DNA of 64,000 bases from Octopus vulgaris (taxonomy: Eukaryota), in the NCBI GenBank assembly GCA_951406725.2, contig OX597825.1, forward strand, positions 78,864,001-78,928,000, written 5' to 3'. Made by a program: the position numbers and the translations under genes. Below the pieces are notes generated by a model. That model was not told the DNA's origin. It searched no databases and saw nothing but the letters and a program-made list of their open reading frames with translations. Positions within the stretch are counted from its first letter, which is position 1. Each line of letters opens with the position of its first letter. This document shows positions 12,075 through 25,572 of this stretch, piece by piece.

Positions 12075-12675
12075 TTCTTTTACTTGTTTCAGTCATTTGA
12101 TTGTGGCCATGCTGGAGCACTGCCTTTAGTCAAACTAATCAACCCCAGTAAGCCTTGTACTTATTCTATTGGTCTCTTTTGCCGAACAGCTAAGTTATGG
12201 GCATGCAAACACACTGGCATTTGTTGTCAAGCAATGGTGCAGGTGACAAACACTGACACACACATAAATATATACATACATATGTGACTGGCTTCTTTCG
12301 CTTCCACCTACCAAATCTATTCGCAAGGCTTTGGTTGGCCTGAGGCTATAGCAGAAGACACTTGCCCAAGGTGCCAAGCAGTGGGACTGAACTTGGAACC
12401 ATGTGGTTGGGAAACAATCTTATTTCTTTATTGCCCACAAGGGGCTAAACAAGGACAGACAAGGAGATTAAGTCAATTACATCGACCCCAGTGCATAACT
12501 GGTACTTAATTTATCGACCCCAAAAGGATGAAAGGCAAAGTCGACCTTGGTGGAATATGAACTAGGAACGTAACGGCGACGAAATACCACTAAGCGTTTC
12601 ACCCGGTGTGCTAACATTTCTGCCAACTCATTGCCTTAAGCAATCTTCTTACCACATAGCCACTCCTGTGCCTGT
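12075..12675 (-). mobile_element. SINE A interrupted by a nested SINE B (about 12422-12640)
   Basis: The SINE A head resumes after the insert. caatctt is duplicated at 12415-12421 and 12641-12647, consistent with a target-site duplication. Confidence 0.8.
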
Positions 12676-13417
12676 ATATAAATTGACTTTCTTAATGAAT
12701 AGTTCTTTTAATTGATAATAGAATGTTTGTTAGTGCATTTCAATGTCATTAGGTTTAGTTGTTGAAGATGTTTAGTTTGTTGGTGATTGAATAACTTTTG
12801 TTAATGGGATCTAACACCCGGCTGACCCCGTTAAACTGGGTAGCATCTTAAATCTACCATCTGTTAGTTAAATTGCAAGAGGCCTGCACAAACATCAGAA
12901 GGCATCTAGTCTGGTGCTCCAACAGTTCCAGCCATCTGCGATCCTCTATCCTGGACTAGTAATATCAACTGTAGAAGGATGAAAGGCAAAGCCTGACATA
13001 GATTTCAACTGAAGAATGCAGGCATTTTGTGTTACGCTCTGCTTCGTCTCCCACTTCAGAATTCCAACAATAGATTAACAATAGTCTCAAACAAACACAC
13101 ACACCTTCCTTGACAATAGGAAACTTGTGATTATGAGAAATATGAGCAAATCATTGTTGTGGTGAGGGTGGAGACAGAATTTGATTCGAACCTATGAATA
13201 TTATCAAAACCTGTTTTAAGGCGGCAAGCTGGTAGAATCGTTAGCATGCCATTAGGTTCTGAGTTCAAATTCCTCCGAGGTCAACTTTGCCTTTCATCCT
13301 TTCAGGGTCGATGTAATCGACTTAATCCCCTCCCCTGTGCTGCCCTTGTGGAAAAAGTTTGAGGTCATTATTAAAACCTGTTCCCTTTGAGATTCTTTAG
13401 GTTTTTGTCTTTTCTTT

Positions 13418-13850
13418 CATCATCATCATCATCATCATCGTTTAACGTCCGCTTTCCATGCTAGCATGGGTTGGACGGTTCAACTGGGGTCTGAGAAGCC
13501 AAAAGGCTGCGCCAGGCCCAGTCTGATCTGGCAGTGTTTCTATGGCTGGATGCCCTTCCTAACGCCAACCACTCCGTGAGTGTAGCGGGTGCTTTTTACG
13601 TGCCACCTGCACAGGTGCCAGATGAGGCTGGCAACGGCCACAATCAGATGGTGCTTTTTACATGCCACCGGCACGGAGGCCAGTCGGGGTGGCGCTGGCA
13701 ACAGCCACGTTCGGATGGTTCTCTTATGTGCCACCGGCACTGGTATCACAGCTACAATTTCCATTGATGTTGATCGATTTCGATTTTGATTTTGATTTTC
13801 ACTTGCCTCAACAGGTCTTCACAGGTAGGGTTTGTGTCACAAGAAGGAAA
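13418..13850 (-). mobile_element. RTE LINE 3' UTR/tail (family C); similar copies at about 9770-10080, 10845-11240, 23055-23215, 29485-29750 and 35172-35620 (minus), and 16210-16413, 25775-25923 (plus)
   Basis: (CAT)n-cgtttaacgtccgctttccatgct.gcatgggttggacg...ggatgcccttcctaacgccaaccactc...acgtgccacc. The same sequence is joined to RTE coding sequence at 54690-55400. Confidence 0.8.
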
Positions 13851-14089
13851 GGGATAAACTTTTTCCTTTGTTTGTTTCTTTTTGAACATCCCCCCCCCCC
13901 CCCGCATAGCTTCGTTTAATATTCGCCTATGTCATTTGGTCTCTTTGCCTGCTTTTGATGTGAAGTCATCGCTGCATTGGCTGAATGATTAGGCCAACAA
14001 AACTAAATATTTGCTCCTGGTTAATGAGGGAGGAAATTAGCAGAGGGTCAGTGTTGCATCATGTTACCTAACCACTCAACCATGCTGTT

Positions 14090-14124
<35 letters not shown>

Positions 14125-14483
14125 CACACAAACACACACACGTATGTGTATGCACATGGTACGAGTGTAAAGGTATGTGTGCGCACTTGGAAAATTGTTT
14201 TCAGGCCCTTATCTTTTATTTTTTACTTTTTTCAGTCATTACACTGTGGCCATGCTGGGGTACCGCCTTGAAGAATCTTTAATTGAATGAATTGATCCTT
14301 GTGCTTATTTATATCTTTTAAGCCTGGTACTTATTTGATCATTTCTTTTTGCCAAATTTACACTTACCATCATGGAAAAGGAAGTGCAGAGGCATGGCTG
14401 TATGGCTAGAAGTTTGCTTTCTAAGCACAGTGTTCCAGGTTCAGTAGTTCACCAGTTATTTATGGCCAAAGTTCTGTAGTCCA

Positions 14484-14600
14484 CTACATGTTTATGCAGC
14501 TGTCCTCATCCATACGCATTGCGCAACCATACCAGCATAGTCTTGCGTGTGACATCCGATGCCTCTTGTGCCCAATTTTTCTCTTAAGCCATACTCCATC
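14484..14600 (-). mobile_element. RTE LINE fragment
   Basis: RLCWYGCAMRMDEDSCI is a degenerate RLRWYGHVxRMDEDSCV, the same region as at 54690. Confidence 0.6.
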
Positions 14601-15039
14601 ATACATGCACACTGACATTACACATCCAGCAGAGATATATCTATGACGGGCTTCCTTCAGTTTCCGTCTACCAGATCCACTCGCAAGGCTTTGGTCAGAC
14701 TGAGGCGATAGTAGAAGACACTTGCCCGAGGTGCCATGCAGTGGGACTGAACCTGGAACCATGTGCTTGGGAAGCAAACTTCTAACCACACATCCATGGC
14801 CATGGACTTCTTTTTTTATGATGGTAGGTGTATATTCATATGGTCATCTTTGCAAAGATGCATTGTGACTGCCTGAGGTACAGTCTCCAGTTCACTGCTT
14901 TGACTGCGCTCACTCTGTCAGCTGTGTTTGTTGTCATCTGGTGATTGTGTTCACCAGATGTTTACTGTCTCAGTTCACTATTCAGTATATGTTTACTTCT
15001 GTATTTCATTAGTTCACCAGTTGTTTACAGCCAAAGTAC

Positions 15040-15525
15040 AGTAGTTCACTACATGTTTCTTGCTACATTTCTATTATTCATTACATGTTCACTACTACAT
15101 TGGGAAGTTCATTACATGTTCACTGCTATATTGGGAAGTTCATTACATGTTCACTGCTACATTGGGAAATTCACTACATGTTCACTGCTACATTAGGAAA
15201 TTCACTACATGTTCACTGCTATATTGGGAAGTTCATTACATGTTCACTGCTACATTGGGAAATTCACTACATGTTCACTGCTACATTAGGAAATTCACTA
15301 CATGTTCACTGCTATATTGGGAAGTTCATTACATGTTCACTGCTACATTGGGAAATTCACTACATGTTCACTGGGAAATTCACTACATGTTCACTGCTAT
15401 ATTGGGAAGTTCATTACATGTTCACTGCTACATTGGGAAATTCACTATATGTTCACTGCTACATTAGGAAATTCACTACATGTTCACTGCTATTTTGGGA
15501 AGTTCACTACATGTTCACTGTTACT
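15040..15525. repeat. 31-bp minisatellite, about 15 units, with 93-bp higher-order structure
   Basis: Unit catgttcactgctacattgggaaattcacta; the three overlapping ORFs cycle through the same 31-aa pattern. Degenerate units extend to about 14945 and 15700. Confidence 0.95.
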
Positions 15526-16659
15526 GCAGTGCATCTGCTACATGCTCTCCGTCACATTGGAGCATTGACTACATGTTTGTTACTACATTAAGACACCTGC
15601 TACATACTTGTTCCATCACCAACAAGTGTTCACTATGTTAGCTGCTACATGTGGCCTTCTGCTCCATGTTCACTGTCACACTGGGATATTTGCTACTGGC
15701 TAAGAAGTTTGCTTCCAAGCACATGATTTCCAGGTTCAGTTCCACTCTGTGGCCCCCTTGGACAAGTGTCTTCTATTATAACCCTGAGCCAACCTAAGCC
15801 TTATGAGTTGATCTCGGAGATGGAAACTAAAAGAAGCCTGTCATGGGTGTGTGTGATTGTGTTTCTGTTTCCTAGTCTTGATGTTGCATGATTGTCATAA
15901 AATGAGTGTCACCATCATATTATCAGTGTCCTTTATTTCCAGTCTCCTGTGAAAATAAGAAATGGTTAAAGGTTGGCAACAGAAAGGGCATCCATTGAAA
16001 ATCTTCAATGAATTCCATCTAACCCATGCTTGCATGGAAAACTGGATGTTAAATGATAATAACGAAGTTCCATATATCAGTTCTTCCTGACCTTTTTTTT
16101 TTTTTGTTTTTTGCTTCATGGGACAGTTTCATGCAAGACAATTTTTCCATTGTCTGGGGTTGAAGTGTATGATACATAATTTAATCCTTACATCTTTGCC
16201 AGTGCTGCTGGACTGGCCCTCGTGCTGGTGGCACGTAAAAGCACCCACTACACTCTCGGAGTGGTTGGCGTTAGGAAGGGCATCTAGCTGTAGAAACTTT
16301 GTCAGATCAGATTGAGCCTGGTACGGCCTTCTGGCTCACCATTCCTCACTCAAACCGTCCAACCCATGCCAGCATGGAAAGCGGACGTTAAACGACAATG
16401 ATGATGATGATGATCTTGTTGGCTCATTCCTCAAGTCTGAGAACTGATCTCTTCTCTTGGATGAATATTTGGACTATTAATGCCAACAGCACATGTAGCA
16501 AACAAGGCTAATCCTTGCATTGGCCACATGTGAATGTTGGAGCCGGTTCTGGTCATTGCTTTCTGGCCTCCCATTGTCTCTCCTCTCCTTTTTCATTCTT
16601 TCTCTTTCAAACAATATTATGTTTTTGTTTATATTTTGTCAGTGGCCAAGACACAGTTG

Positions 16660-16864
16660 GTTACTCATTTACTTGTTTCAGTCATTTGACTGTGGCCATG
16701 CTGGAGCACCACCTTTTAGTCGAGCAAATCGTCCCCAGGACTTATTTTTTGTAAGCCTAGTACTAATTCTATCGGTCTCTTTTGCCGAACTGCTAAGTTG
16801 CGGCGATGTAAACACACCAGCATCGGTTGTCAAGCGATGTAAACACACCAGCATCGGTTGTCAA

Positions 16865-16910
<46 letters not shown>

Positions 16911-17083
16911 GCATATATACGACGGGCTTCTTTCAGTTCCCGTCTACCAAATCCACTCACAAGGCTTTGGTCGACCCGAGGGTATAGTAGAGGACACTTG
17001 CCCAAGGTGTCATGCAGTGGGACTGAACCCAGGACCATGTGGTTGGTAAACAAGCTACTTACCACACAGCCACTCCTACGCCT
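16660..17083 (-). mobile_element. SINE A, full length
   Basis: Reverse complement of family A, with an internal tandem duplication of about 31 bp at 16805-16864. Confidence 0.85.
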
Positions 17084-18043
17084 ATACATATAATGCACAT
17101 ATAACACAAAAACACCCTGCAGACTGTGATAGTAAATAAAACAGAAATAACAGTTAAAAATTTATTCTTTCTATGCAGCCAGGTACCAAATGACCTGTGG
17201 TCTGGTGTGTGGGGACACCTGCCTTAGATGTCTCAAACAAACTGGATGAAAGTTGTTCCCTTGGATAAAAGAAAGCTGTTCCAATCAATCAAAACATTGT
17301 GATTGATAAAGAGTAAGCAAACATCTCGGGTGGGGGTGAAGCATGAATTTTCCTCAGCTTAAAAGTCGTTTAGGAAGAAGGTTGGTTTTGCTGATGCAGC
17401 ACAAAGTGTTTTAATGCTTGTAAGCGAAAGAATTGTGCCAGTCACAGCTTCTTATATCCCGGCAACTTGATGCACGTCTTAGAAGATTAAGTTTCAAATG
17501 TTTTTTTTTTTTGGTTTGACTTTTTGTCTATTCCAATACATTCATGTGTGTGTGTGTGTGTGTATGTGGTCACTTTTACGTCTATTTTGTGATGTTATGG
17601 GTTGGCCCCACTTTATCCGGCAGACCAACAGAGAATATAGTCTATCTTATTGGGTAGGTTAGGTCTTTTTGGCATGCATCTGCACACACAGACACATGCA
17701 AATGTGCATGTGTGCAGATGCATACAGCCAAGTGGCTAAGAAATGGGTTTTGCGAGCATGAGGTTTATGAATTATGTGCATAGCATATTGTTTACATTGT
17801 TCTAATTGAAGCGTCTTGTGTAACATGAAAACTGTAACTAGCAGGACTTTATTTCAAGTCCTAAGTGCAGGCGTGGTTAAGAATCTGGTTTCATTTGTGG
17901 TTTCAGGTTTTGTCTCGTTGCACAGCACTTTCAGCTGGTGTCTTCTACTGTAGCCCTGGACCAACTAAATGCTTGTAAGTGAATAGAAATTGAAAGAAAC
18001 CAGTCATACACGTGTGTATGTGTGTGTGTGACTGTTTGTATTC

Positions 18044-18258
18044 GAGTAGGTGTTGAAAAGTCCCTGGCTTTGGATAACAGTAAATGCAGGAGGATCTATT
18101 AATTATGATTCCATTCAACACATTTCTCTCTCTTATTGACACACTTATTGCAGTGGTCCTTCAGTTTTTCTAAGCCCTGTGAAAGAACTTGGAAGGTTGG
18201 GCCTCAAACCAGGGCTTTAGTGATACTCTTAAACCCAGGAATTTTTCAGCACCCCACT
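18044..18258. mobile_element. Mariner-type MITE, decayed
   Basis: ggtgttgaaaagtccctggcttt ... aaacccaggaatttttcagcacccc are imperfect TIRs. Confidence 0.6.
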
Positions 18259-19292
18259 CACCCCTTCCTCTGTGTGTATGGTGCTTGTACTTTGTCTCGA
18301 CATCATATGATGGGTGTAAAGGAACATCATTGTCATACAAGCAAAGTTGTTCATTTCCTGTCGTCTGTGAAAACTCTGGTTGACCATTCGGAAATATTAC
18401 CTTGCTTGGAAACAGGTGAGGGTTGGCAACAGGGAGAGCATCTGGCTGTACAAAATCTGCCTCATCAAATTCCATCTGACCCATGCAAACACGGGAAAGT
18501 GTGGTTTTCGCTTTTAAGCTCCATATCTTATTTATTTCAGTATCAAGATCTTTATGCTTTGACAGAGGTCGTCACCTTATTCCAGTCAACGTTTTGTTGG
18601 AATCGTTTTGAGGTGTCTATCATAGTAGACATATTCATATCTGAGCATTTTCCTTTTTTTTTGCTTTCCTCTTTCCTTCCTTTTACGATCCCTTTTGATC
18701 GAAAACCAAAACCCCTTTTTTTTTATCCCGAAAAAGGAAAGCTCTACCTTGTAATTTGTCCCGTCTGTGTGCAGCCCTGTGTGGCTAATAAAGAAACATA
18801 TATCTGGGCACTTCCTTGACCATCTTGTCTGTCTGAATCGGCATGTCTTTGATTGATTCTACTCAGACTATTTTCTTGCTGTTCATGGACTCTGTTCACT
18901 ATGTGTGTGTGTGTGTGTATACCACTTTTTATTTATTCCCATTCATCTTAAAGTGTCCACATATTTTCCCACTGGACATGACTACCAAGTCAATCACGTC
19001 TCTGAATGATCTTGGACTTGGTAAGGACTTGGCAGCTGGAAATGATGCGAACGTGTTTCGTTGCACTGATTGCACAGTCAGCACCTAGCATGGCTCAACA
19101 GCAAAGCAAACCGGGATTGAAAGCCAGCAGTGGCTCAAACCCAGGGCTAAAAGCCTTCAAACGGGTACACTCGCACTCACAAATACACATGCTCTCGTCC
19201 TTACACTTTTGTTCACTCTTGACTCATAAATTTGTACACATACACATGTTCGTGTATACACACACACGTCCACAGCAATACCTACATACAGG

Positions 19293-19294
<2 letters not shown>

Positions 19295-19336
<42 letters not shown>

Positions 19337-19610
19337 TCTATACCCAGATCTTTGTAAAAACAATTATCAATCTAATTTTCATTTCAGAAAATGTTTGTGT
19401 TTTATTTTTATATGTGTCTGTGTGTATACACATATATATGTATGTTTATATATGTATGTGTATATATATATATATGTGTGTGTGTATATATATGTGTGTG
19501 TATACACGTATATGTATGTGTATATATATATGTGTGTGTATACACATATATATGTATGTGTATATATGTGTGTGTATGTGTGTATGCACATATATTTATG
19601 TCTATACACA
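19295..19610. repeat. (TA)n and cryptic TA/TG microsatellite
   Basis: Read directly; it produces spurious YIYV/THTH ORFs. Confidence 0.9.
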
Positions 19611-20203
19611 TGAATTAATTAAAACAAAAGCATTATATGTATTTGTATGTATGTTTGTGTTTTATTGTTTCTTTTAGATGCTGTTTTTCTTTAATTTCTA
19701 ATGTAATTTGAGCAACCAAATGAATATTTTAAGTCAGAGGCTAGGGAAGAATGAGGGCAAGTTTTGTTGTTGTTGTTCTTACTGTTGTTGTTGCTGCTGC
19801 TGCTTTTTTGAGGGATTATCTTCCCTTGAACCCCACATCCCTGCTGCTACTACACTGATTTGCTTTATCTAATTTCAGTCATTGCGCTGCGACCATGCTG
19901 GGGCACCTCATTTAGTGGTTATCGACTCAGTTATATCACCACCCCTCTTGCCCTAGTACCCGGGGGGTGTATGGTATTTATTTTATTGGGATCTAAGTGT
20001 TAAATGTCTAGGGTTAAGGTCTGCCATACGGTGGGGTACAGCTTAATTCGGTCTTATATGTAAGCACAAGCACAGGCTTAGACACAGATGCTTGTGTGTG
20101 TGTGTGTGTGTGTGTGTGTTTCTTGGGCTTCTGCACAGTTTCCATCTATCAAATTCCATTTACAAAAATATCTTTCAGCCCAAAACTACAGTAGAAGACA
20201 ATA

Positions 20204-20255
<52 letters not shown>

Positions 20256-21077
20256 AGGTGGTCCCCAGTGGGGTCAAAATTAGGACACTGTGGTTATGAA
20301 GTGAATTTCTCAATCATGCACCATATGACAGAATCATTATCATTGTTTTAATGTCCATCTTTCCATACTTGCATAGATCAGATGGAATTTGTTGGTACGG
20401 ATTTTCTGTGGCTGGATGCCCTTCCTGTCACCAACCCTCTTCTGTTTCCAAGTAAGGTAATATTTCCCCCATGGCCAGACATGTGATTTATGGAAGACTG
20501 GTTTACAATCAATATCAGGACATGGATATGTTCACACACACACACACACACACACAGCAAGCTTCTTTCAGTTCTTATCAACTAAATTTATTCACAAGGC
20601 TTTGGTCAGCCCAGGGCTATAGTAGAAGGGACTTGCCCAAGATGTCATGTAGGACTGAACCTGACACTATATGAAGACTATTCCGAAGGTAGTGAGCTGG
20701 CAGAAAAGTTAGCACACCGGGCGAAATGCTTAGCGGAATTTCGTCTGTCTTTACATTCTGAGTTCAAATTCCGCCAAGGTCAACTTTGCCTTTCATCCTT
20801 TCGGGGTCGATAAATTAAGTAACAGTTGTGTACTGGGGTTAATCTAATTGACTGGCCCCCTCCACAAAAATTTTGGGCCTTGTGCCTCGAGTAGAAAAGA
20901 ATATATATACACATACATAATCACAAACAGTCATATACAAATGTATATACACACACATACACACACACACACACACGCATGCATACATACAATATAACAA
21001 AGGAAAAAACAATTCCTTCAAATTCCTTTAAAAGGTCACATGACATATCTAAATCTCTAGAATTAGGAGTATATTAA

Positions 21078-21270
21078 TTTCTCTCTGCCTGTCTGTCCCT
21101 CTATCTCTTTGTCTGTCTGTCCCTTTTTCTCTCTGCCTGTCTGTCCCTCTATCTCTTTCCCTTTTTCTCTCTGCCTGTCTGTCCCTCTTTCTCTCTGCCT
21201 GTCTGTCCCTCTTTCTCTCTGCCTATCTGTCCCTTTTTCTCTCTGCCTCTCTGTCCCTCTTTCTCTCTCT
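21078..21270. repeat. Pyrimidine-rich tandem repeat of about 24 bp
   Basis: ttctctctgcctgtctgtccct(c/t)t repeated about 7 times with variants. Confidence 0.85.
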
Positions 21271-22484
21271 GACTTCAAATAAATACCAATGTTGGACTGA
21301 AGAATTTTCAACTTTGACTTACTTGACGGTGTGTGCGGATGGCCAAATGGTCAAGACATTAACTGCTGGGACTTGGGGAGCAAATGCTTTGTTTAGCATA
21401 GTGTCAGGTCAGCCTCAGGTTGGGTGGATGGGAACTCTGAATGAAGGCCTGTGAAATAGAATGTACATGTTCTTGGGTAGCAGATTAAATTCATTGCATG
21501 GTTTGATGCCACCTGCTCCTTGGGCCCCTCCTTTTTAGCTGAATTCATTTTGTCACAAGCATGCAAACCAGGTCTCTGGTGTGAGGAGAACTTGATTTTG
21601 ATATTCACTGCTTCCTACTGCAACCCCACATTATCAGAGGGTACTGCTTCCGATTGTGAAAACCCACAACCCCTATGGCAACCCATGACCCCACAGCAAA
21701 TCACGGCCCCCAACCTCAACCAATGACACATAATGTGACCTATAGCAACCCACAACCCCACGACAATCCTTGAGCTTAAGACCACCCCATCAGTATCAAA
21801 GACCCTGCAAATAGTCACAGCCACTACGCTTCCTCCTGTCACTAAACAGAAAATTATAATCCAAAATCGGGTTTTTTCATGTTGTCATTATTAATCACCC
21901 TAATAAGTATTGCTTTGAAAACTTTTTAAATCATATTTTTCATTTTTTTCCATCTAAAATATATGTTCTTTTATCACCATTGACATTGTTGTTGTTATTT
22001 TGATGTCCACTTTTTCCATACTGAATGAAATAAATAGGTTGAATGACATTGAGGGAGCCAGTGTACTCTGGCTGGTTGTTCTTCCTCTTGTCAGCCCTTT
22101 TTTATTTTTGTCTTTTATTAATTTTTTTTGGGGGGGTCTTTTTACGGGTGTCAGTCATTGGACTGCAGCCATGTTGGGGCACCATCTTGATGGGTTTCGT
22201 TGAGCAAATCATCTCCAGTAGTTATTTGTTTCTAAGCTTGATACTTTCTCTAATCAGTTTATTTTTGCCAAACTGCTAAGTTATGGAGATGTAAACAAAC
22301 CAACTCTGGTTATCTGGCAGTGGAGGCGATAAACACACACACACACATACCTGTGCCTACTTTCAATTTTGATTTTTCCTTGCTTTTGTAGACATTTTCT
22401 TCCCAATTTTATTAGTGTCATGGCAACCCAAGTCTTTTTTAACGAAACTCCTTTGATGGAATCTACTTTCTTTACTCTCTCTGT

Positions 22485-22487
<3 letters not shown>

Positions 22488-22564
<77 letters not shown>

Positions 22565-22592
22565 GCTACTACTACTACTACCACTACTACTA
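22488..22592. repeat. (CTA)n microsatellite, about 35 units
   Basis: Read directly; it produces the poly-Y, poly-V and poly-S ORFs. Confidence 0.95.
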
Positions 22593-23285
22593 GAATACCC
22601 TCTGTTCTTCTGAACTTGACTTACATAACACTTCCATCTCTCTCCTCCATCACATTCTTTCCTGTCACTCTTTGACACCAAACTAAATGCTTGGCTCTTT
22701 TCTTCTTTCTTGGAACAAGAAAACGTTTGTATATGCCATTCCACCCCTAGCTCCCACCAGCACCGTCCCTCTGTTCCTCCTCTCTCCTCCCCTGCAGTCG
22801 TTGATCTCCAAACATTCAAACTGAGTATCAACCATATCAGTCGCACTTTTTGCCTTTGACGTGATGGACATCTCTGCTTCTCTTGACCAAAACCATTGAA
22901 AAAAAAATTCTATCAGTGTAAGAAAGTAGATTAAGATGGTGATGATGATGATCCTTCATTTCTCTTGATATTAAATCTTCCTTTGATAATGAGCTTCTGG
23001 GATGACAGATTTAAACTAACCTAGTAGTTCCTTCTTTTCTCACCACAACGGTGTTATCATCATCATCATCATCGTTTAATGTCTGCTTTCCATGCTGGCA
23101 TGGGTTGGATGATTTGACTGAGGTCTGGCGAACTAGATGGCTGCACCAGGCTCCAATCTGATCTGTCAGAGTTTCTACAGCTGGATGCCCTTCCTAATGC
23201 CAACCACTCCAAGATGTTTACACCTGTCTGCTACAAAGTGCTGGCTAAAATCTTAAGGAGCTTGCCTTGTAACCACTTGGTTTTG

Positions 23286-25572
23286 AGTCCATTGAGTGAA
23301 CCAAATAGAAGATAAAGGATGCTATGTAGTACAGAGAAGCATTAGATCTTTTGTTTATTGTTCTAATAAAATAATAATCTAGTTCAAATATCGTTCTTGA
23401 TTGTTTACACAACGCTTGGATTGTGTGTCTCTGGACAACAATAGGTTCGTGTCAGTCTGCCTGGCTGACCGAAGAGTTGACTGGATTAGATGTAAATAGT
23501 CGTAAAAATACTTCGGGATTTCTGGCTAAAATTCTATGTGAAATTACAAACCCAACAATTATTCGGGTAACAGAGAGCATAAAAATAATTTATTCAAATC
23601 GATAATTACCTTGAATTAGTATCTTTTTGATTAAGAGTGTTATTTATTTGTCTATTTGATGGTATTGCTATATAAGCTTGGTTTCTTTCTGAGTAAATAA
23701 GTTATTTGCTGTTAAACAGCAGTAAATCAGGATGTAAATCTAGTTTTATGTGGTTTTTATGTTGTCAAGATCTTGTGTTTTGTCCTTTCACCTGTCTAGG
23801 GTCCCTGTGTATGTGTGAACAAGCTTAAGGGCTGGAGACAAGATAGCTGATTTTATATATATGTGTGTGCATATATATATATATATAAATGTCTATGTAT
23901 GTATATGTGTGTATGTATGTGTGTGTGTGTATGTATGTATGCCTGCGTCTGTGTATGTATGTGTGTGTGTGTGTATGTATATGTGTGTGTGTCTGTATTT
24001 GTCCCTCAACATCACTTGACAACCAATATCAGTGTGTTTATTGATAGTAGAAGGTTGGTACAAAGGTTTTCCTTTAAATTCAATGAGCAATATGCTTCAG
24101 ACTTTTAGAATGGAATTCTTGAGAACCAGAAATGAAATGAAAAGCGTGGGCTTGAAGCATGTGTTATCACACGTGTCATTCAAAAAGCTTTTTAAACAGG
24201 AATATAAAGAGGTGTTGTTTTCAAACTTTCATTTCATATTTGAAAAAATATTCAGACAATGGATATTTCAGAAGAAAATCTGGCTTGGTTTACCAGCTGA
24301 TGTTTGGAAACGAATACCTCTGAATCCTGGAAACCAGCGTCTTTCAGTTATAATGGCATTAAAGAATACTCTATATTTGGTGATTCAACGACATATATAT
24401 ATTATACTCTCGGAGTGGTTGGCGTTAGGAATGGCATCCAGCCGTGGAAATCATGCCAAATCAAGCTGGAGTCTGGTGCAGCCTTTCAGCTTACCAGTCC
24501 TGGTCAAACCATCCAACCCATGCCAGCATAGACAACGGATGCTTAATGATGATGATGATATATCTATCTATCTATATATATATATATATATATAAATATC
24601 ACGTAATTGGATGGCTGTTCACTCTTCTAAGGTCCTGTGCTCTTTTGCATATCTTCTTTTCCATCCTGCAGGAGGCTTAAAACCTATTGGTTTGGTGGTG
24701 GTTGTCAGTTTAGTTACCATCAGCCGAGCTGTGCAACAGATTGTATTGGGTTACATTTTACCAGTGGCACTCAACAGCACCTTTCCTATCTTGCGGGTTA
24801 CTTGGCAATCTCACTAGTGCAAGGGGCACTTTTGATCCCCATTTCTGTCAAGTAGTTGGTTACCAGGATGGAATTGTGACGAGCAATTTTTAGTAGGGTA
24901 TGTTCAGAGTGTTGTTACTGTTTCCTTCAATCTAGAATTAAAGGTGTTGGCAGGTCAGCTTATTAGAAAATGATGTACTAAAATTTCAATAATGTCGGAC
25001 AATTATTACTGTCTCTCCAAAAAAAAAAAAAAGAAAGAATTGTTAGTATCTCTTATTTGATGATAGGTCTCCATTTATTCTGAGGTTAAATAATATGGTC
25101 TTGGACATAAACCTAGGAGAGCTCTTTGAATTTCATTATTAGAAGACTGCCCTTGTAGTAGATAAATGTTCTGCTAAGCAACATCCTGCCATGTCGAATT
25201 AGGAATCGTGTGTTTTGAGCGTGAACCATAACACGCTCAAAACGAAGCAGCCTAGAATACCAAGTTGCAACCAACTAGCAAAAGTTCATTGAAAGTGTGT
25301 ATCTGGACATCATTGCATATTCATGAATCTCTAATATGAGGTTTATTCCCTCCTACGGTCCGTTTGCCTGTCTGTCTTCATGAAGAAAATAATTGATGGC
25401 AAAACTGATCTAAGTTATTTGAAGCACAAGAGGTTGCAGCTCTATGATACATGGCAAATACTGGGACCATATTTGAACTAGATATTATTTTATTAGAACA
25501 GTAAACAAAGATTTAATGCTTCTCTGTACTGCATAGCATCCTTTATCTTCTATTTGTTTCACTCATTGGACT
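23286..25572. repeat. Inverted duplication of about 105 bp (23286-23391 and 25469-25572) bracketing 2.1 kb
   Basis: aaatagaagataaaggatgctatgtagtacagagaagcatt...tctagttcaaatat versus atatttgaactaga...aatgcttctctgtactgcatagcatcctttatcttctattt. Confidence 0.8.

Noticed and set aside
14945-15591. Repetitive Cys/His-rich ORFs up to 168 aa, or a CRISPR-like array
   Set aside because: Translation of a 31-bp tandem repeat that is open in all frames. There are no unique spacers and the context is eukaryotic.
18136-18819. 227-aa ORF, the longest in the track
   Set aside because: It runs through a mariner MITE, a LINE/SINE tail and low-complexity DNA, with no recognisable domain or splice logic.
19006-19677. 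223-aa ORF and similar YIYI/VCVC/THTH ORFs throughout the window
   Set aside because: Microsatellite translations.
22363-22846. Poly-Val, poly-Tyr and poly-Ser ORFs
   Set aside because: (CTA)n microsatellite.
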